Shown here piece after piece: positions 1 through 10,365 of a stretch of DNA of 64,000 bases. The DNA lies in assembly GCA_963667785.2 (NCBI GenBank), contig CAXXMU010000006.1, positions 608,001 to 672,000 on the forward strand. The letters are read 5' to 3'. This DNA is from Alphaproteobacteria bacterium. GTDB lineage: Bacteria; Pseudomonadota; Alphaproteobacteria; UBA828. Under the pieces are notes generated by a model, which was not told where the DNA came from, did no database searches, and worked only from the letters and a program-made list of their open reading frames with translations. Numbering within the stretch: the stretch's first letter is position 1; each line of letters begins with the position of its first letter. The position numbers and the translations under genes are program-made.

Positions 1-1
1 G

Positions 2-232
2 GCCGGCTCCGAGGTGCACGCCTACGAGAATTCCTGCCCGCACACCGACGGCCCGCTGGACTGGGTGCCGGACCAGTTCCTCACCCTGGAGAAGGACATG
101 ATCCAGTGCGCCACCCACGGCGCGGTCTTTCGCATCGAGGACGGCTACTGCATCGCCGGCCCCTGCACCGGCGACAGCCTCACGCCGATCCCGGCGCGGA
201 TCGAGGGCGATTCGGTCGCCGTCGACCTCTAA
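2..232 (+). CDS. Rieske [2Fe-2S] ferredoxin, 5'-truncated by window edge
   Basis: CPH...CATH Rieske ligand motifs; frame open to the window start. Confidence 0.85.
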   Translation, partial: AGSEVHAYENSCPHTDGPLDWVPDQFLTLEKDMIQCATHGAVFRIEDGYCIAGPCTGDSLTPIPARIEGDSVAVDL

Positions 233-321
233 CCGTATATAATCCCGCCCCGCCGAGACGCTCGGCCGTTCCACGCCCGCCCCGCCACAGGGGCGATCCA
301 CCAGGGAGGCGATGCGCCACG

Positions 322-2265
322 ATGTCGGAGACCGAGCTGTTCCCCGTGCCGGACGGCCTCGACCGCACGGCCCATTGCGACGACGCGACCTACCGCGCCT
401 GGTACGCCCGCTCGATCGAGGACCCGGAGGGGTTCTGGGCCGAGCACGGCAGGCGGATCGACTGGATCAGGCCCTACACGAAGGTCAAGGACGTCTCCTA
501 CCTAGCAGACGACCTGCACATCCGCTGGTTCGAGGACGGCACGCTGAACGCGTGTGCCAACTGCGTCGACCGTCACCTCGAAGACCGCGGCGACCAGGTG
601 GCGATCATCTGGGAAGGCGACGACCCGGCGGAGGACTCCACCCTCACCTACCGCGAGCTCCACGAGGCGGTGAGCCGCTTCGCCAACGGCCTCCTCTCCC
701 TCGGCGCAAGCAAGGGCGACCGCATCACCATCTACCTGCCCATGATCCCGGAGGCGGCTATCGCCATGCTCGCCTGCGCGCGGATCGGCGCGATCCACTC
801 CGTGGTGTTCGGCGGCTTCTCGCCGGATTCGCTGGCGGGCCGCATCCAGGACTGCGATTCCACGCTCATCATCACCGCCGACGAAGGCCTGCGCGGCGGC
901 CGCGCGATCCCGCTCAAGGCCAACACGGACGCGGCGCTCGCAAGCTGCCCCAGCATCCGGAAGTGCGTGGTGGTGAAGCGCACCGGCGGCGAGATCGGCT
1001 GGGTGGAGGGCCGCGACGTCTGGTACCACGACCTGGTGGCGGGCGCGTCCGCCGACTGCCCGCCGGCGGAGATGGGGGCGGAAGACCCGCTCTTCATCCT
1101 CTACACCTCGGGCTCGACGGGTAAGCCCAAGGGCGTGCTGCATACCACCGGCGGCTACATGGTCTACGCCTCGATGACCCACCAGTACGTCTTCGACTAC
1201 CACGAGGGCGAGATCTACTGGTGCACGGCCGATGTCGGCTGGGTCACCGGCCACAGCTACATCCTCTACGGGCCGCTCGCCAACGGGGCGACGACGCTGA
1301 TGTTCGAGGGGGTGCCCAACTATCCCGACGCCTCGCGCCACTGGCAGGTCTGCGACAAGCACGGCGTCAACATCTACTACACCGCACCCACCGCCATCCG
1401 TGCGCTGATGCGCGAGGGCGAGGGGCCGGTGCGGAAGACCTCGCGCGCCTCGCTCCAGCTGCTGGGCTCCGTGGGCGAGCCGATCAACCCCGAGGCATGG
1501 CTCTGGTACCACCGGGTGGCGGGGGACGGCCGCTGCCCCATCGTCGACACATGGTGGCAGACCGAGACCGGCGGCATCCTCATCACGCCGCTGCCCGGTG
1601 CCACGGCGCTGAAGCCCGGCTCCGCCACGCGCCCCTTCTTCGGCGTGCGCCCGCTGATCGTCGATCAGGAAGGGAACGAGCTCGAAGGCGCATGCTCGGG
1701 CCTCCTCTGCCTCGCCGACTCCTGGCCGGGGCAGATGCGCACGGTCTATGGTGATCACAAGCGCTTCGTCGAGACCTACTTCTCGCAGTATCCGGGCCGT
1801 TACTTCACCGGCGACGGCGCGCGGCGTGACGAGGACGGCTACTACTGGATCACCGGCCGCGTCGACGACGTGCTCAACGTCTCCGGCCACCGCATGGGCA
1901 CGGCCGAGGTGGAGAGCGCGCTGGTGGCCCATCCGGCGGTCTCGGAATCGGCGGTGGTGGGCTATCCCCACGAGATCAAGGGCCAGGGCATCTACGCCTA
2001 CGTGACGCTCACCGCCGGCCACGAGCCCAGCGAGGACCTGCGCGGCGAGCTCAGCCGCTGGGTACGGAAGGAGATCGGCCCCATCGCGACGCCCGATCTC
2101 ATCCAGTGGGCGCCGGGGCTGCCCAAGACCCGGTCCGGCAAGATCATGCGCCGCATCCTGCGGAAGATCGCGGCGGGTGAGCACGATGAGCTCGGCGACA
2201 CCTCCACCCTCGCCGACCCGGCGGTGGTGGACGACCTGGTCGAGAACCGGATGAACCGGGCGTGA
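322..2265 (+). CDS. acs: Acetyl-CoA synthetase (AMP-forming)
   Basis: [14 protein letters not shown]-binding loop, [21 protein letters not shown]; start moved to MSETELFP (ATG 322). Confidence 0.97.
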   Translation: MSETELFPVPDGLDRTAHCDDATYRAWYARSIEDPEGFWAEHGRRIDWIRPYTKVKDVSYLADDLHIRWFEDGTLNACANCVDRHLEDRGDQVAIIWEGDDPAEDSTLTYRELHEAVSRFANGLLSLGASKGDRITIYLPMIPEAAIAMLACARIGAIHSVVFGGFSPDSLAGRIQDCDSTLIITADEGLRGGRAIPLKANTDAALASCPSIRKCVVVKRTGGEIGWVEGRDVWYHDLVAGASADCPPAEMGAEDPLFILYTSGSTGKPKGVLHTTGGYMVYASMTHQYVFDYHEGEIYWCTADVGWVTGHSYILYGPLANGATTLMFEGVPNYPDASRHWQVCDKHGVNIYYTAPTAIRALMREGEGPVRKTSRASLQLLGSVGEPINPEAWLWYHRVAGDGRCPIVDTWWQTETGGILITPLPGATALKPGSATRPFFGVRPLIVDQEGNELEGACSGLLCLADSWPGQMRTVYGDHKRFVETYFSQYPGRYFTGDGARRDEDGYYWITGRVDDVLNVSGHRMGTAEVESALVAHPAVSESAVVGYPHEIKGQGIYAYVTLTAGHEPSEDLRGELSRWVRKEIGPIATPDLIQWAPGLPKTRSGKIMRRILRKIAAGEHDELGDTSTLADPAVVDDLVENRMNRA

Positions 2266-2307
2266 GGCGCCCTTCCGCGCTCCCCCTGTCGAGAGCAGCC
2301 GACGACT

Positions 2308-3837
2308 ATGTCTGAGCCTTCCGACATCCACGCGCTGCTGGAGCGGGGCGGCGGCCACGACATCGCCATCGCGGCACCGGAGCGGGAACCGCTCACCTAC
2401 GGCGGCCTGCGCGATCAGGTCGGGCGCGCGGGCGCGGCGCTCGGCAAGGCGGGCATCGGCGCTGGCGATCGGGTCGCGATCGTGCTCCCCAACGGGCCGG
2501 AGATGGCGGCGTGCTTCCTCGCCACCGCGGCGCATGCCACGGCGGCGCCGCTCAACCCCGCTTACCGCGTGGACGAGTTCGCCTTCTACCTGGAGGACCT
2601 GCGCGCGAGCGCGCTGATCCTCGAGGCCGGCACGGGCGGCGCGGCAGTGGAGGCGGCCGAGCGGGTGGGCGTGCCGATCATCGGGCTCGTGCCGGACACG
2701 CACGCGGGCGCCGGCCGCTTCAGCCTCGATGCGCCGGCCGGCGCAGCCCGGCGCGGGAACGGCGACGGGGCGGAGGGTTCGGACGATGCGGCGCTGGTGC
2801 TGCACACCTCGGGCACCACGTCGCGGCCCAAGATCGTGCCGCTCTCGGGCGCCAACCTCTGCGCGTCCGCCGGCAACATCGCCGACTGGCTCTCGCTCGA
2901 GCCGGGCGACCGTTGCCTCAACATCATGCCGCTCTTCCACATCCACGGGCTGATGGCGGGCGTGATGGCCTCGCTCTCTGCCGGCGCTGCGGTGATCTGC
3001 ACGCCGGGCTTCAACGCGCTCCGCGTCTTCGGCTGGCTGGACGAGACGGCGCCGACCTGGCTCACCGCCGTGCCAACCATGCACCAGGCGATCCTCGCGC
3101 GGGCTGCGCGCAACCGCGAGATCGTGACCCGCCGCAGACTCCGGCTGCTGCGCTCGTCGTCCTCGTCGCTGCCGGCGCCGGTGATGGGCGAGCTGGAGGC
3201 GGCCTTCGATGCGCCGGTGATCGAGTCCTACGGGATGACCGAGGCCTCCCACCAGATGACCAGCAACCCGCTGCCGCCGGCGGAGCGCAGGCCGGGCGGC
3301 GTCGGGCTCGCCGCGGGGCCCGAGGTCGCGATCATGGACCAGGCTGGTACCCTCCAGCCGCCGGGAACCGAGGGCGAGGTGGTGATCCGCGGCGCCAACG
3401 TCACGCGCGGCTACGAGAACAACCCCGAGGCCAACCGGGCGGCGTTTTCGGACGGCTGGTTCCGCACCGGCGACCAGGGGGTGATGGACGCGGCCGGGTA
3501 CCTGACCCTCACCGGCCGCCTCAAGGAGATCATCAACCGGGGCGGCGAGAAGATCGCGCCGCGCGAGGTGGACGACGTGCTGATGGCGCATCCCGCCGTG
3601 GCCCAGGCGGTCGCCTTCGCGGTGCCGCACCAAAAACTCGGCGAGGACGTAGCGGCGGTGATCGTGCTGCGCGAAGGCGCCGACGCAGGCGAGCGGGAGC
3701 TGCGCGCGTTCGCCGCCGAATCGCTCGCCGACTTCAAGGTCCCCCGCACGATCCTCTTCCGCGACGAGATCCCGAAGGGGGCGACCGGCAAGCTGCAGCG
3801 CATCGGGCTTGCCGAGAAGCTGGGCCTCGCGTCGTGA
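2308..3837 (+). CDS. Acyl-CoA ligase, oxalate-CoA ligase (Oxs/AAE3/Pcs60)-like
   Basis: LHTSGTTSRPK, MPLFHIHGL, ESYGMTEASHQM, PKGATGKLQR. Confidence 0.85.
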   Translation: MSEPSDIHALLERGGGHDIAIAAPEREPLTYGGLRDQVGRAGAALGKAGIGAGDRVAIVLPNGPEMAACFLATAAHATAAPLNPAYRVDEFAFYLEDLRASALILEAGTGGAAVEAAERVGVPIIGLVPDTHAGAGRFSLDAPAGAARRGNGDGAEGSDDAALVLHTSGTTSRPKIVPLSGANLCASAGNIADWLSLEPGDRCLNIMPLFHIHGLMAGVMASLSAGAAVICTPGFNALRVFGWLDETAPTWLTAVPTMHQAILARAARNREIVTRRRLRLLRSSSSSLPAPVMGELEAAFDAPVIESYGMTEASHQMTSNPLPPAERRPGGVGLAAGPEVAIMDQAGTLQPPGTEGEVVIRGANVTRGYENNPEANRAAFSDGWFRTGDQGVMDAAGYLTLTGRLKEIINRGGEKIAPREVDDVLMAHPAVAQAVAFAVPHQKLGEDVAAVIVLREGADAGERELRAFAAESLADFKVPRTILFRDEIPKGATGKLQRIGLAEKLGLAS

Positions 3838-4823
3838 AGATCTGCATCGTCGGCGCCGGCGCCATCGGTGCCTGTTTCGGGCTGGAGCTTGCAGAGGGCG
3901 GCGTCGAGGTCTCGCTGATCGCGCGCGGACCCCATCTCGCGGCCATGCAGGCGAAGGGCGTTCGCGTGCGGGCCGGCGGCGAGGAGCGCCGGGCCGAAGT
4001 GCGCGCGACCGACGATCCCGCCGAGCTCGGCCCGCAGGACGCGGTCATCATCACGCTGAAGGCACATTCCGTGCCCGGCATCTGCCCGCGGCTCGTACCG
4101 TTGCTCGGGCCGGAGACCGCGGTGGTCACCGCGTCGAACGGCGTGCCCTGGTGGTACTTCCACCGGCTGGAGGGCCCCTGGGAGGGCCGGCGCATCGCCG
4201 CCGTGGACCCCGACGGCGCCCAGTGGGAGACGATCGGGCCCGAGCGCGCCATCGGCTGTGTGGTCTACGCCGCCGGCGAGATCGTCGAGCCCGGCGTCAT
4301 CGAGGTCGCCGCCCACCTCAGCCAGAAACGCCTGCCCTTGGGCGAGCCGGACGGCAGCCGCAGCGAGCGTGCGCTCGCGCTGAGCAAGGCCTTCATGGCC
4401 GCCGGCTACAAGGCCCCGGTGCGCACAGACATCCGTTCGGACATCTGGGTCAAGCTCTGGGGCAACCTCGCCTTCAACCCGGTGAGTGCGCTCACCGGCG
4501 CCACGCTCGAGGATATCGCGCGCGACGCGGGCACCCGCGCCGTTGTCCGCGCCATGATGGCGGAGGGGCAGGCTGTGGGCGAGGCGCTCGGCGCGCGCTT
4601 CGCCATCGACGTGGAGAAGCGCATCGCGGGCGCCGAAGGGGTCGGCGCGCACCGCACCTCCATGCTGCAGGACCTCACGCTGGGCCGGCCCATGGAGATC
4701 GAGGCGCTGGTGGGCGCGGTCTGCGAGCTCGGCCGGCTGGTGGAGGTGCCGACCCCCGCCATCGACATGGTGTATGCGCTGGTGAAGCAGCGCGCGACGG
4801 AAGCGGGGTGTTTGCCGGGGTGA
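3834..4823 (+). CDS. Ketopantoate reductase family, PanE2/oxalyl-CoA reductase-like
   Basis: GTG start overlaps upstream TGA; GAGAIG Rossmann motif, WVKLWGN, HRTSMLQD. Confidence 0.88.
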   Translation: MKICIVGAGAIGACFGLELAEGGVEVSLIARGPHLAAMQAKGVRVRAGGEERRAEVRATDDPAELGPQDAVIITLKAHSVPGICPRLVPLLGPETAVVTASNGVPWWYFHRLEGPWEGRRIAAVDPDGAQWETIGPERAIGCVVYAAGEIVEPGVIEVAAHLSQKRLPLGEPDGSRSERALALSKAFMAAGYKAPVRTDIRSDIWVKLWGNLAFNPVSALTGATLEDIARDAGTRAVVRAMMAEGQAVGEALGARFAIDVEKRIAGAEGVGAHRTSMLQDLTLGRPMEIEALVGAVCELGRLVEVPTPAIDMVYALVKQRATEAGCLPG

Positions 4824-4895
4824 GGCGTCGCCAGCGGCTCTTCAAGACTAAAGTCGCCACAATCCCCTCTTGTTGTAGGATGATGGACTTATTCC

Positions 4896-5957
4896 CTAGT
4901 ACGAGTACTCATTGTCCAATTCAACGGAGTGAATGATGGTCTCGCCAGATGACCTAAAATAGGACATTGCCAAGGTAAAGGGTGTTTCAATTGTCTGACT
5001 TACTGCCACGACCCATTCATTCCAATCTCGATCAATGACATACAGATCCTTGTGCTCGTTCATATAGAAATTTGACTTCTCAATAAATCCATCTGCTTCG
5101 ATATCGACAGATCCAGTAATCATTATCAAGTACTCACCGTCCTCCATCTCCTTTATCTCCCAATCTGCTATGGCAACTCCATGCACAGCATCAATTGTAA
5201 CATCATTCTCAAATTGCAATCCCTCTATCCCATAAGTCGAATACGAATACAGATAACCCTCGACTTCTTTGCGTGCTGTCGCCAAAAGATCGCCTAAGTT
5301 GAATTCCGGAATGTCCGAGGGCTCTACGCGTTGCAAAAGAGGCGAAATTCTTTCGCCAAAAAACTCCCGCAGCCCCGTATACACTGTTATTTTTCTGTCT
5401 TTGTTGCCAATACCTGCTTGTAGATTCGCATGCAACACATGTTCTTGATCTTTATTTTCGCAAAAATCCTTGACGTTGCCTGTTAGAAAGTATACTTCTG
5501 CAGCGCCCTCCTGTAGTTTATTGATCTCTGATACTATGCTTTCCCATATCAAATAATCCTTAAATCCTTCTCCGTTGCTTTTGAATGGTTTGTTCCTCTT
5601 ATATGAAGCTTCCACAACTTGCTCGAGACTCAACTTCGGATATGGCAGTATATCTATCTTATAGTCCTTTATGATTGATTCAAACCAACTCAAAAATGCC
5701 TTATGCGCCTTCGGAACACTGATATCCGAAACGAGATTTGTCCCTGCCAATTTGTTTATGTCTGCTCTTACTCGGCAATAAGTCTCGTATTTGTCCGTCA
5801 ACTCTAGCCTATGCCGTCCGTTTATTTCATCAATAACTACCTTCGAAACTATCAACCGCAATCCCAAAAAACGTACTGACTTTAGGAATGAAGATGCGGC
5901 TGAAGAACGGAGGTAATTCTCCCTAATAACAATGCTTGTATCGAGAAAAATAATCAT
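4896..5957 (-). CDS. PIN-domain protein (DUF4935-like) with acidic C-terminal domain, AT-rich
   Basis: IFLDTS, VIDEI, FKDYLIWES, TGNVKDF acidic PIN motifs; sharp drop in GC. Confidence 0.75.
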   Translation of the reverse strand: MIIFLDTSIVIRENYLRSSAASSFLKSVRFLGLRLIVSKVVIDEINGRHRLELTDKYETYCRVRADINKLAGTNLVSDISVPKAHKAFLSWFESIIKDYKIDILPYPKLSLEQVVEASYKRNKPFKSNGEGFKDYLIWESIVSEINKLQEGAAEVYFLTGNVKDFCENKDQEHVLHANLQAGIGNKDRKITVYTGLREFFGERISPLLQRVEPSDIPEFNLGDLLATARKEVEGYLYSYSTYGIEGLQFENDVTIDAVHGVAIADWEIKEMEDGEYLIMITGSVDIEADGFIEKSNFYMNEHKDLYVIDRDWNEWVVAVSQTIETPFTLAMSYFRSSGETIIHSVELDNEYSY

Positions 5958-6142
5958 ACCAAGTGTTTCCTATCAGACTGAGGATTGGCGAAAATTAAAT
6001 ACTGCCACACTTGCTTTCGATTCCACGTTACCGCGCAGTGACTATCAGCACCTGGAGGGAGTGCGTCTAGGCGGCAGATACAGCTCATAAGTACAAGCCC
6101 TAGTTCCAGCGCTCTCGATCGCGGTGCAGTGCTCCCATATCT

Positions 6143-7729
6143 TCAAATCCCCAGCGCGCAGCCGTCCTTGCGCGGGTCCGAGCCGCCGGTGAGCACGCCC
6201 GTCGCCCGGTCGATCGCGATGGCCTGACCGCCACCGTGGGGCACGCCGGCCCACTCGACCGCATGGCCGAGGGCTGCGAGCGCCTGCGCGGTCTCATCTG
6301 CGATGGTGGTCTCCAGCGTCAGCACGCCGCCGAAGTGGAAGGCGCGCGGGCAATCCAGCGCGGCCTGCGGGCCCATGCCGTAGTCGATCACGTTGGTGAG
6401 GAAGTGGGCGTGGCCGCAGGCCTGGAAGTGCCCGCCCATCACGCCGAAGGGCATCACCGCGTGCTCCCCCTCGCCCACCATGCCGGGGATGATCGTGTGC
6501 ATCGGCCGCTTGCCGCCGGCGATGCGGTTGGGGTGGTCCGGGTCGATGACGAAGCTCGCGCCCCGGTTCTGCAGCATGATGCCCGACGGCGTGCAGAGGC
6601 CCGAGCCGAAGGAGGCGAAGAGCGAGTTGATGAAGGAGATCGCGTTGCCGTCGCCGTCCACCACGGTGAGGTAGACGGTATCGCCGTGCGCCGGGTAGCC
6701 GGGGGGCAGCTCCGCCGGCATGGCGCGGCCGGGGTCGATGTGGCGACGCATGGCGTCGGCGTATTGGGTGGAGAGCAGCGCGTCGATTGGCACGTCCACC
6801 GCGTCGGGGTCGGCAACCAGCGCGGCGCGGTCGCGATAGCCGAGTCGCGTCGCTTCCGCCTCCAGGTGCAGGCGTTCGGCGCCCAGCGGATCGAGGCCCG
6901 CCAGCTCGAAGCCCTCCAGGATGTTGAGGATCAGCAGCGCGATGATCCCCTGCCCGTTGGGCGGGCACTCGTAGATGTCGAAGCCCCGGTAGTTCGTGCT
7001 GATCGGCTCGACCTGCTGCGGCGCGAAGGCTGCGAGATCATCCGCCGTCATCGGACTGCCGTGGGCCTGCAGGTGAGCGGCGATCTCCTCGGCGATCGCG
7101 CCGCGATAGAAGGCGTCGCCGCCGCCCCTCGCGATCAGGCGCAGCGTCTCCGCCAACACCGGCAGGCGGTGAACGGTGCCGGCGGCGGGCGCGCGGCCAC
7201 CGGGCAGGTAGAAGGCGCGGGCGTTCTCGCAGGCCGTGAGCTTCTCCGCGTTCAGGGCCCAGTCGTGGGCGACGCGGCTGTGGACGACGAAGCCCTCTTC
7301 GGCATAGCGGATGGCGGGCTGCAGTACCGCGTCGAGGCCCATGGTGCCGTGGTCTGCGAGCAGGCGCTCCCACGTGCCGACGGCGCCCGGCACGGTGACC
7401 GCGTGCGCGCTCTCGAAGCCGATGGCGTCGATGCCCCGCTCCCGGAACCAGTCCACGCTCAGCCCCGCCGGCGCGGGACCCGAGCCGTTGATGGCGTAGG
7501 GCGGCACCCGGCCGTCCGGCGCATAGAGCGCGAAGCAGTCGCCGCCGATGCCGGTCGACTGCGGCTCGACCACGCCTTGCACGGCGCAGGCCGCGACCGC
7601 CGCATCCACGGCATTGGCGCCCGCTCGCAACATCTCGATCGCCGTCGCCGTGGCCAGCGGGTGCGAGGTCGCCGCCATGCCGCGCATGCCGTGGACCATG
7701 GACCGCCCCGGCTGCTGAAAGTCCCGCAT
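6143..7729 (-). CDS. ggt: Gamma-glutamyltransferase
   Basis: GIGGDCF, GDTVYLTVVD (Thr nucleophile), RPMHTIIP, SDPRKDG; start MRDFQQPG. Confidence 0.93.
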   Translation of the reverse strand: MRDFQQPGRSMVHGMRGMAATSHPLATATAIEMLRAGANAVDAAVAACAVQGVVEPQSTGIGGDCFALYAPDGRVPPYAINGSGPAPAGLSVDWFRERGIDAIGFESAHAVTVPGAVGTWERLLADHGTMGLDAVLQPAIRYAEEGFVVHSRVAHDWALNAEKLTACENARAFYLPGGRAPAAGTVHRLPVLAETLRLIARGGGDAFYRGAIAEEIAAHLQAHGSPMTADDLAAFAPQQVEPISTNYRGFDIYECPPNGQGIIALLILNILEGFELAGLDPLGAERLHLEAEATRLGYRDRAALVADPDAVDVPIDALLSTQYADAMRRHIDPGRAMPAELPPGYPAHGDTVYLTVVDGDGNAISFINSLFASFGSGLCTPSGIMLQNRGASFVIDPDHPNRIAGGKRPMHTIIPGMVGEGEHAVMPFGVMGGHFQACGHAHFLTNVIDYGMGPQAALDCPRAFHFGGVLTLETTIADETAQALAALGHAVEWAGVPHGGGQAIAIDRATGVLTGGSDPRKDGCALGI

Positions 7730-8015
7730 CGGCTTCTCCCTTCGCCTGCGCGCCGCCGCCCTGTCGGCATGGCTGGGTTTTAGACCGTTTGCCCGGCTCA
7801 CGAAACGGCGAGCGCATCTCACGAAATGTTGCGCGGCCGTGCAGCCGGCCCGTGTGGCCGAGGCACCGGGCATTTGCTAGTGTCCCCGGCGCCTGATCCG
7901 GCCCGAGCGCCGCGCTTGCGACGGTGGTCGTGCGGGCCAATATCAGGACAAGGGCCGCACGGCGCCTCGGCGCCCGGGGCCATCTGACGGGAATGCAACG
8001 CGGGGAGTCGAGAGC

Positions 8016-8465
8016 ATGCGCTTGAGAGGGTTGGCGGCCGCCGGAATGGTCGCAGGAGCCATCGGGCTCGCCGCCGTCGCCGCGCCCCCGGCACAGGCGA
8101 CGGAGGGAGCCGAGCGGATCACGGTGACCGGCGAGGTCATCGATTCCTGGTGCTATCTGAGCGAGATCATGTGGGCGACCGGCTCGGCCCATCACCGCTG
8201 CGCCGTCTGGTGCGCGCGGGGCGGCGTGCCGGTGGGGATCCTCGGCGAGGACGACGAGGTCTACGTCCTTCTCATGCTCGAGAACGACCCGGGCGTGATC
8301 GGCAACAAGGCGGTATTCCGCATGCAGACCAACGAGGTCGTCGTGACCGGCGATCTCTACCAGCGCGACAGCGTCAACTATCTCGCCGTGAGCGAGATCG
8401 TCGAGGACCACGGGATCGTGAACTACTCCCACGAGGAATTCGACATCCAGCCGGGAGGGCTCTGA
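8016..8465 (+). CDS. Secreted Cys/His-containing hypothetical protein
   Basis: Signal peptide ending AQA; GEVIDSWCY and HHRCAVWC motifs; host-like codon use. Confidence 0.75.
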   Translation: MRLRGLAAAGMVAGAIGLAAVAAPPAQATEGAERITVTGEVIDSWCYLSEIMWATGSAHHRCAVWCARGGVPVGILGEDDEVYVLLMLENDPGVIGNKAVFRMQTNEVVVTGDLYQRDSVNYLAVSEIVEDHGIVNYSHEEFDIQPGGL

Positions 8466-8467
8466 TC

Positions 8468-9022
8468 ATGACGCTCATGCCATCCCATCGCCCGTTCGTC
8501 CGCCTCGCCGCCGCAGTCGCCTTCGTCGGCGCGGTGACTGTCTCCGGCATCGCCTCGGCCGCCAACAGCTGGGGGCTGCCGGATGAGGTCGAGGCTCGCT
8601 TCGACGCCACGGTCACCGACGTGCTCTGCGTCCTCAGCGGCGACTGCCCGGAGGATTGCGGCGCCGGCTCGCGCCTGCTCGGCCTGTTGCAGGAAGACGG
8701 CACCCTCGTGCTGCCGCTGAAGAACGCCGGCCCCTTCACCGGCCCGACCGTCGATCTCATTCCCTTCTGCAACCAGCGGGTCACGGTCGACGGCCTGTTC
8801 ACGACCAACTACGGCATCACCACCTTCGCGGTCCAGTTCGTGCGGCCCGAAGGCGGCAAGTGGCGTGGCGCCAACGGGTTCGTCCGCCAGTGGGCCAAGG
8901 AGCGCGGCCTGGAGGCGAAGGACAAGAAAGCGCGGCGCTGGATGCGCAACGACGAGGCGATCCTCGAGCTGATCGAGGAGCAGGGCGTGCTCGGCCTCAA
9001 GAGCAAGGGGATCACGCCGTAG
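8468..9022 (+). CDS. Secreted Cys-containing hypothetical protein
   Basis: GGAGG RBS, ATG 2 nt after upstream stop; signal peptide; VTDVLC...DCPEDCG. Confidence 0.75.
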   Translation: MTLMPSHRPFVRLAAAVAFVGAVTVSGIASAANSWGLPDEVEARFDATVTDVLCVLSGDCPEDCGAGSRLLGLLQEDGTLVLPLKNAGPFTGPTVDLIPFCNQRVTVDGLFTTNYGITTFAVQFVRPEGGKWRGANGFVRQWAKERGLEAKDKKARRWMRNDEAILELIEEQGVLGLKSKGITP

Positions 9023-9103
9023 CCCGGCAGGCAGGCGGCGCGCGGAGCTCGTGCGCCGTCGCCGGGCCGGCGCCGCCCCGGCGGCAGACGGGACGGACCC
9101 GCG

Positions 9104-9748
9104 GTGCGCCGGTTTCCGCTCGAGCCCTCCGGTCTCTGGCGCGAGGTCCGGAGCGCGCGGGAGGGGGCGTCCGCCCCTGCCCTCTTCCTCGACCGCGACG
9201 GCACGCTCATCGAGCTGGTCCACTATCTCAGCCGCGCGGCCGAGGTGGCGCCCGTTCCCGGCGCCTTCGAGAGCCTCGCCGACGCCCGGCGCTGCGGCTA
9301 CCGGGTAGTCATCGTGACCAACCAGTCCGGTATCGGCCGCGGCCGCTACGGCTGGGATGAGTTCGCCGAGGTTCAGGAGCGGGTGATCGCGCTGGCGCAC
9401 GCCGCCGGCGGGCGGATCGACGCGGTCTACGCCTGCCCGGCGCTGCCTGGCAGCGGCGATCCCTGCCGCAAGCCCGACCCCGGCATGCTGCGGGCCGCCG
9501 CCGCGGACCTCGCCATCGACCTCGCGGCAAGCTGGATCGTCGGCGATGCGGCCACGGATCTCGAGGCGGGCCGCCGCACCGGCCTCGCGCGCGGCTGGCT
9601 GGTGCCGACCGGCTACGGCGCGCGCGACAGAGGCATTGCGGCGGGCTTGGCGGGAGCCGGCTTCCCGGTCACCATCGGCCGGCCGATCGCGGCGCTCGCC
9701 GCCGCGCTCGCAGCGAGCCGGACCGGAGCGGCACAGGGGACCCCATGA
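9104..9748 (+). CDS. gmhB: D,D-heptose 1,7-bisphosphate phosphatase (HAD IIIA)
   Basis: LDRDGT, TNQSGIGRG, CRKPDPGM, VGD. Confidence 0.88.
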   Translation: MRRFPLEPSGLWREVRSAREGASAPALFLDRDGTLIELVHYLSRAAEVAPVPGAFESLADARRCGYRVVIVTNQSGIGRGRYGWDEFAEVQERVIALAHAAGGRIDAVYACPALPGSGDPCRKPDPGMLRAAAADLAIDLAASWIVGDAATDLEAGRRTGLARGWLVPTGYGARDRGIAAGLAGAGFPVTIGRPIAALAAALAASRTGAAQGTP

Positions 9749-10365
9749 CCTTTCCCGACGAACGCTACCGCTCGATCGCCGCGTACTGCGACGACTACGT
9801 GGCCCGGCTCGCGCGCGCTGGCGCCTCCCTCGACCGCGTCGCGCTCGCCCAGGCGGCGGACATGCTCGATGCGGCCTTCGCACGCAGCGCGTGGCTCTTC
9901 GTCTGCGGTAACGGCGGCTCGGCGGCGATCGCCAATCACCTGCTGTGCGACGTCGCCAAGGGGGTGCAAACCGACACCGGCGTGCTGCCGCGGGTGATGA
10001 GCCTGAGCGCGAACATCGAGATCGTCACCGCGATCGCCAACGACATCGCCTTCGAGGACTGCTTCCTCTACCAGCTCCGCACTGCGGCCCGGCCCGGCGA
10101 CCTGGTGATGACCATCTCGGCCTCGGGCGATTCCGAGAACATCGTCCGCGCCCTGGAGTGGGCGGGCGCGAACGGGGTCGACAGCATCGCGCTCACCGGC
10201 TTCGACGGCGGCCGCTCCGCGCCTCTCGCCACGATCAACCTGCACGTGGACGGCGACAATTACGGCGTGATCGAGGATACCCACCAGTCGATCATGCACA
10301 TGCTCTCGCAGTATCTGCGCCAGGCGAAGATACCGGACGCGCTCATCCCTCAGCGCAAGTTCTAA
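9745..10365 (+). CDS. gmhA: Phosphoheptose isomerase (SIS domain)
   Basis: CGNGGS, TAIAND, ISASGDSENI, IEDTH; ATGA overlap with gmhB. Confidence 0.85.
   Translation: MTFPDERYRSIAAYCDDYVARLARAGASLDRVALAQAADMLDAAFARSAWLFVCGNGGSAAIANHLLCDVAKGVQTDTGVLPRVMSLSANIEIVTAIANDIAFEDCFLYQLRTAARPGDLVMTISASGDSENIVRALEWAGANGVDSIALTGFDGGRSAPLATINLHVDGDNYGVIEDTHQSIMHMLSQYLRQAKIPDALIPQRKF

Noticed and set aside
502-3633. 1043 aa minus-strand ORF and similar long ORFs (22200-26441 upstream part, 32190-34754, 37482-39908, 47092-50832, 59859-62210)
   Set aside because: Antisense shadows of well-supported genes in high-GC DNA; Arg/Gly/Ala-rich with no motifs
2511-4823. Apparent long N-terminal extensions or fusions in the ORF track (PanE, penicillin acylase, CaiB, CoxL, cupin, DedA)
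   Set aside because: Extensions overlap neighbouring genes out of frame; internal starts with RBS or stop/start overlaps exist
4823-4896. Integron attC site beside the AT-rich PIN gene (also checked around 30850-32230)
   Set aside because: No convincing RYYYAAC...GTTRRRY pair with L boxes, and no integrase
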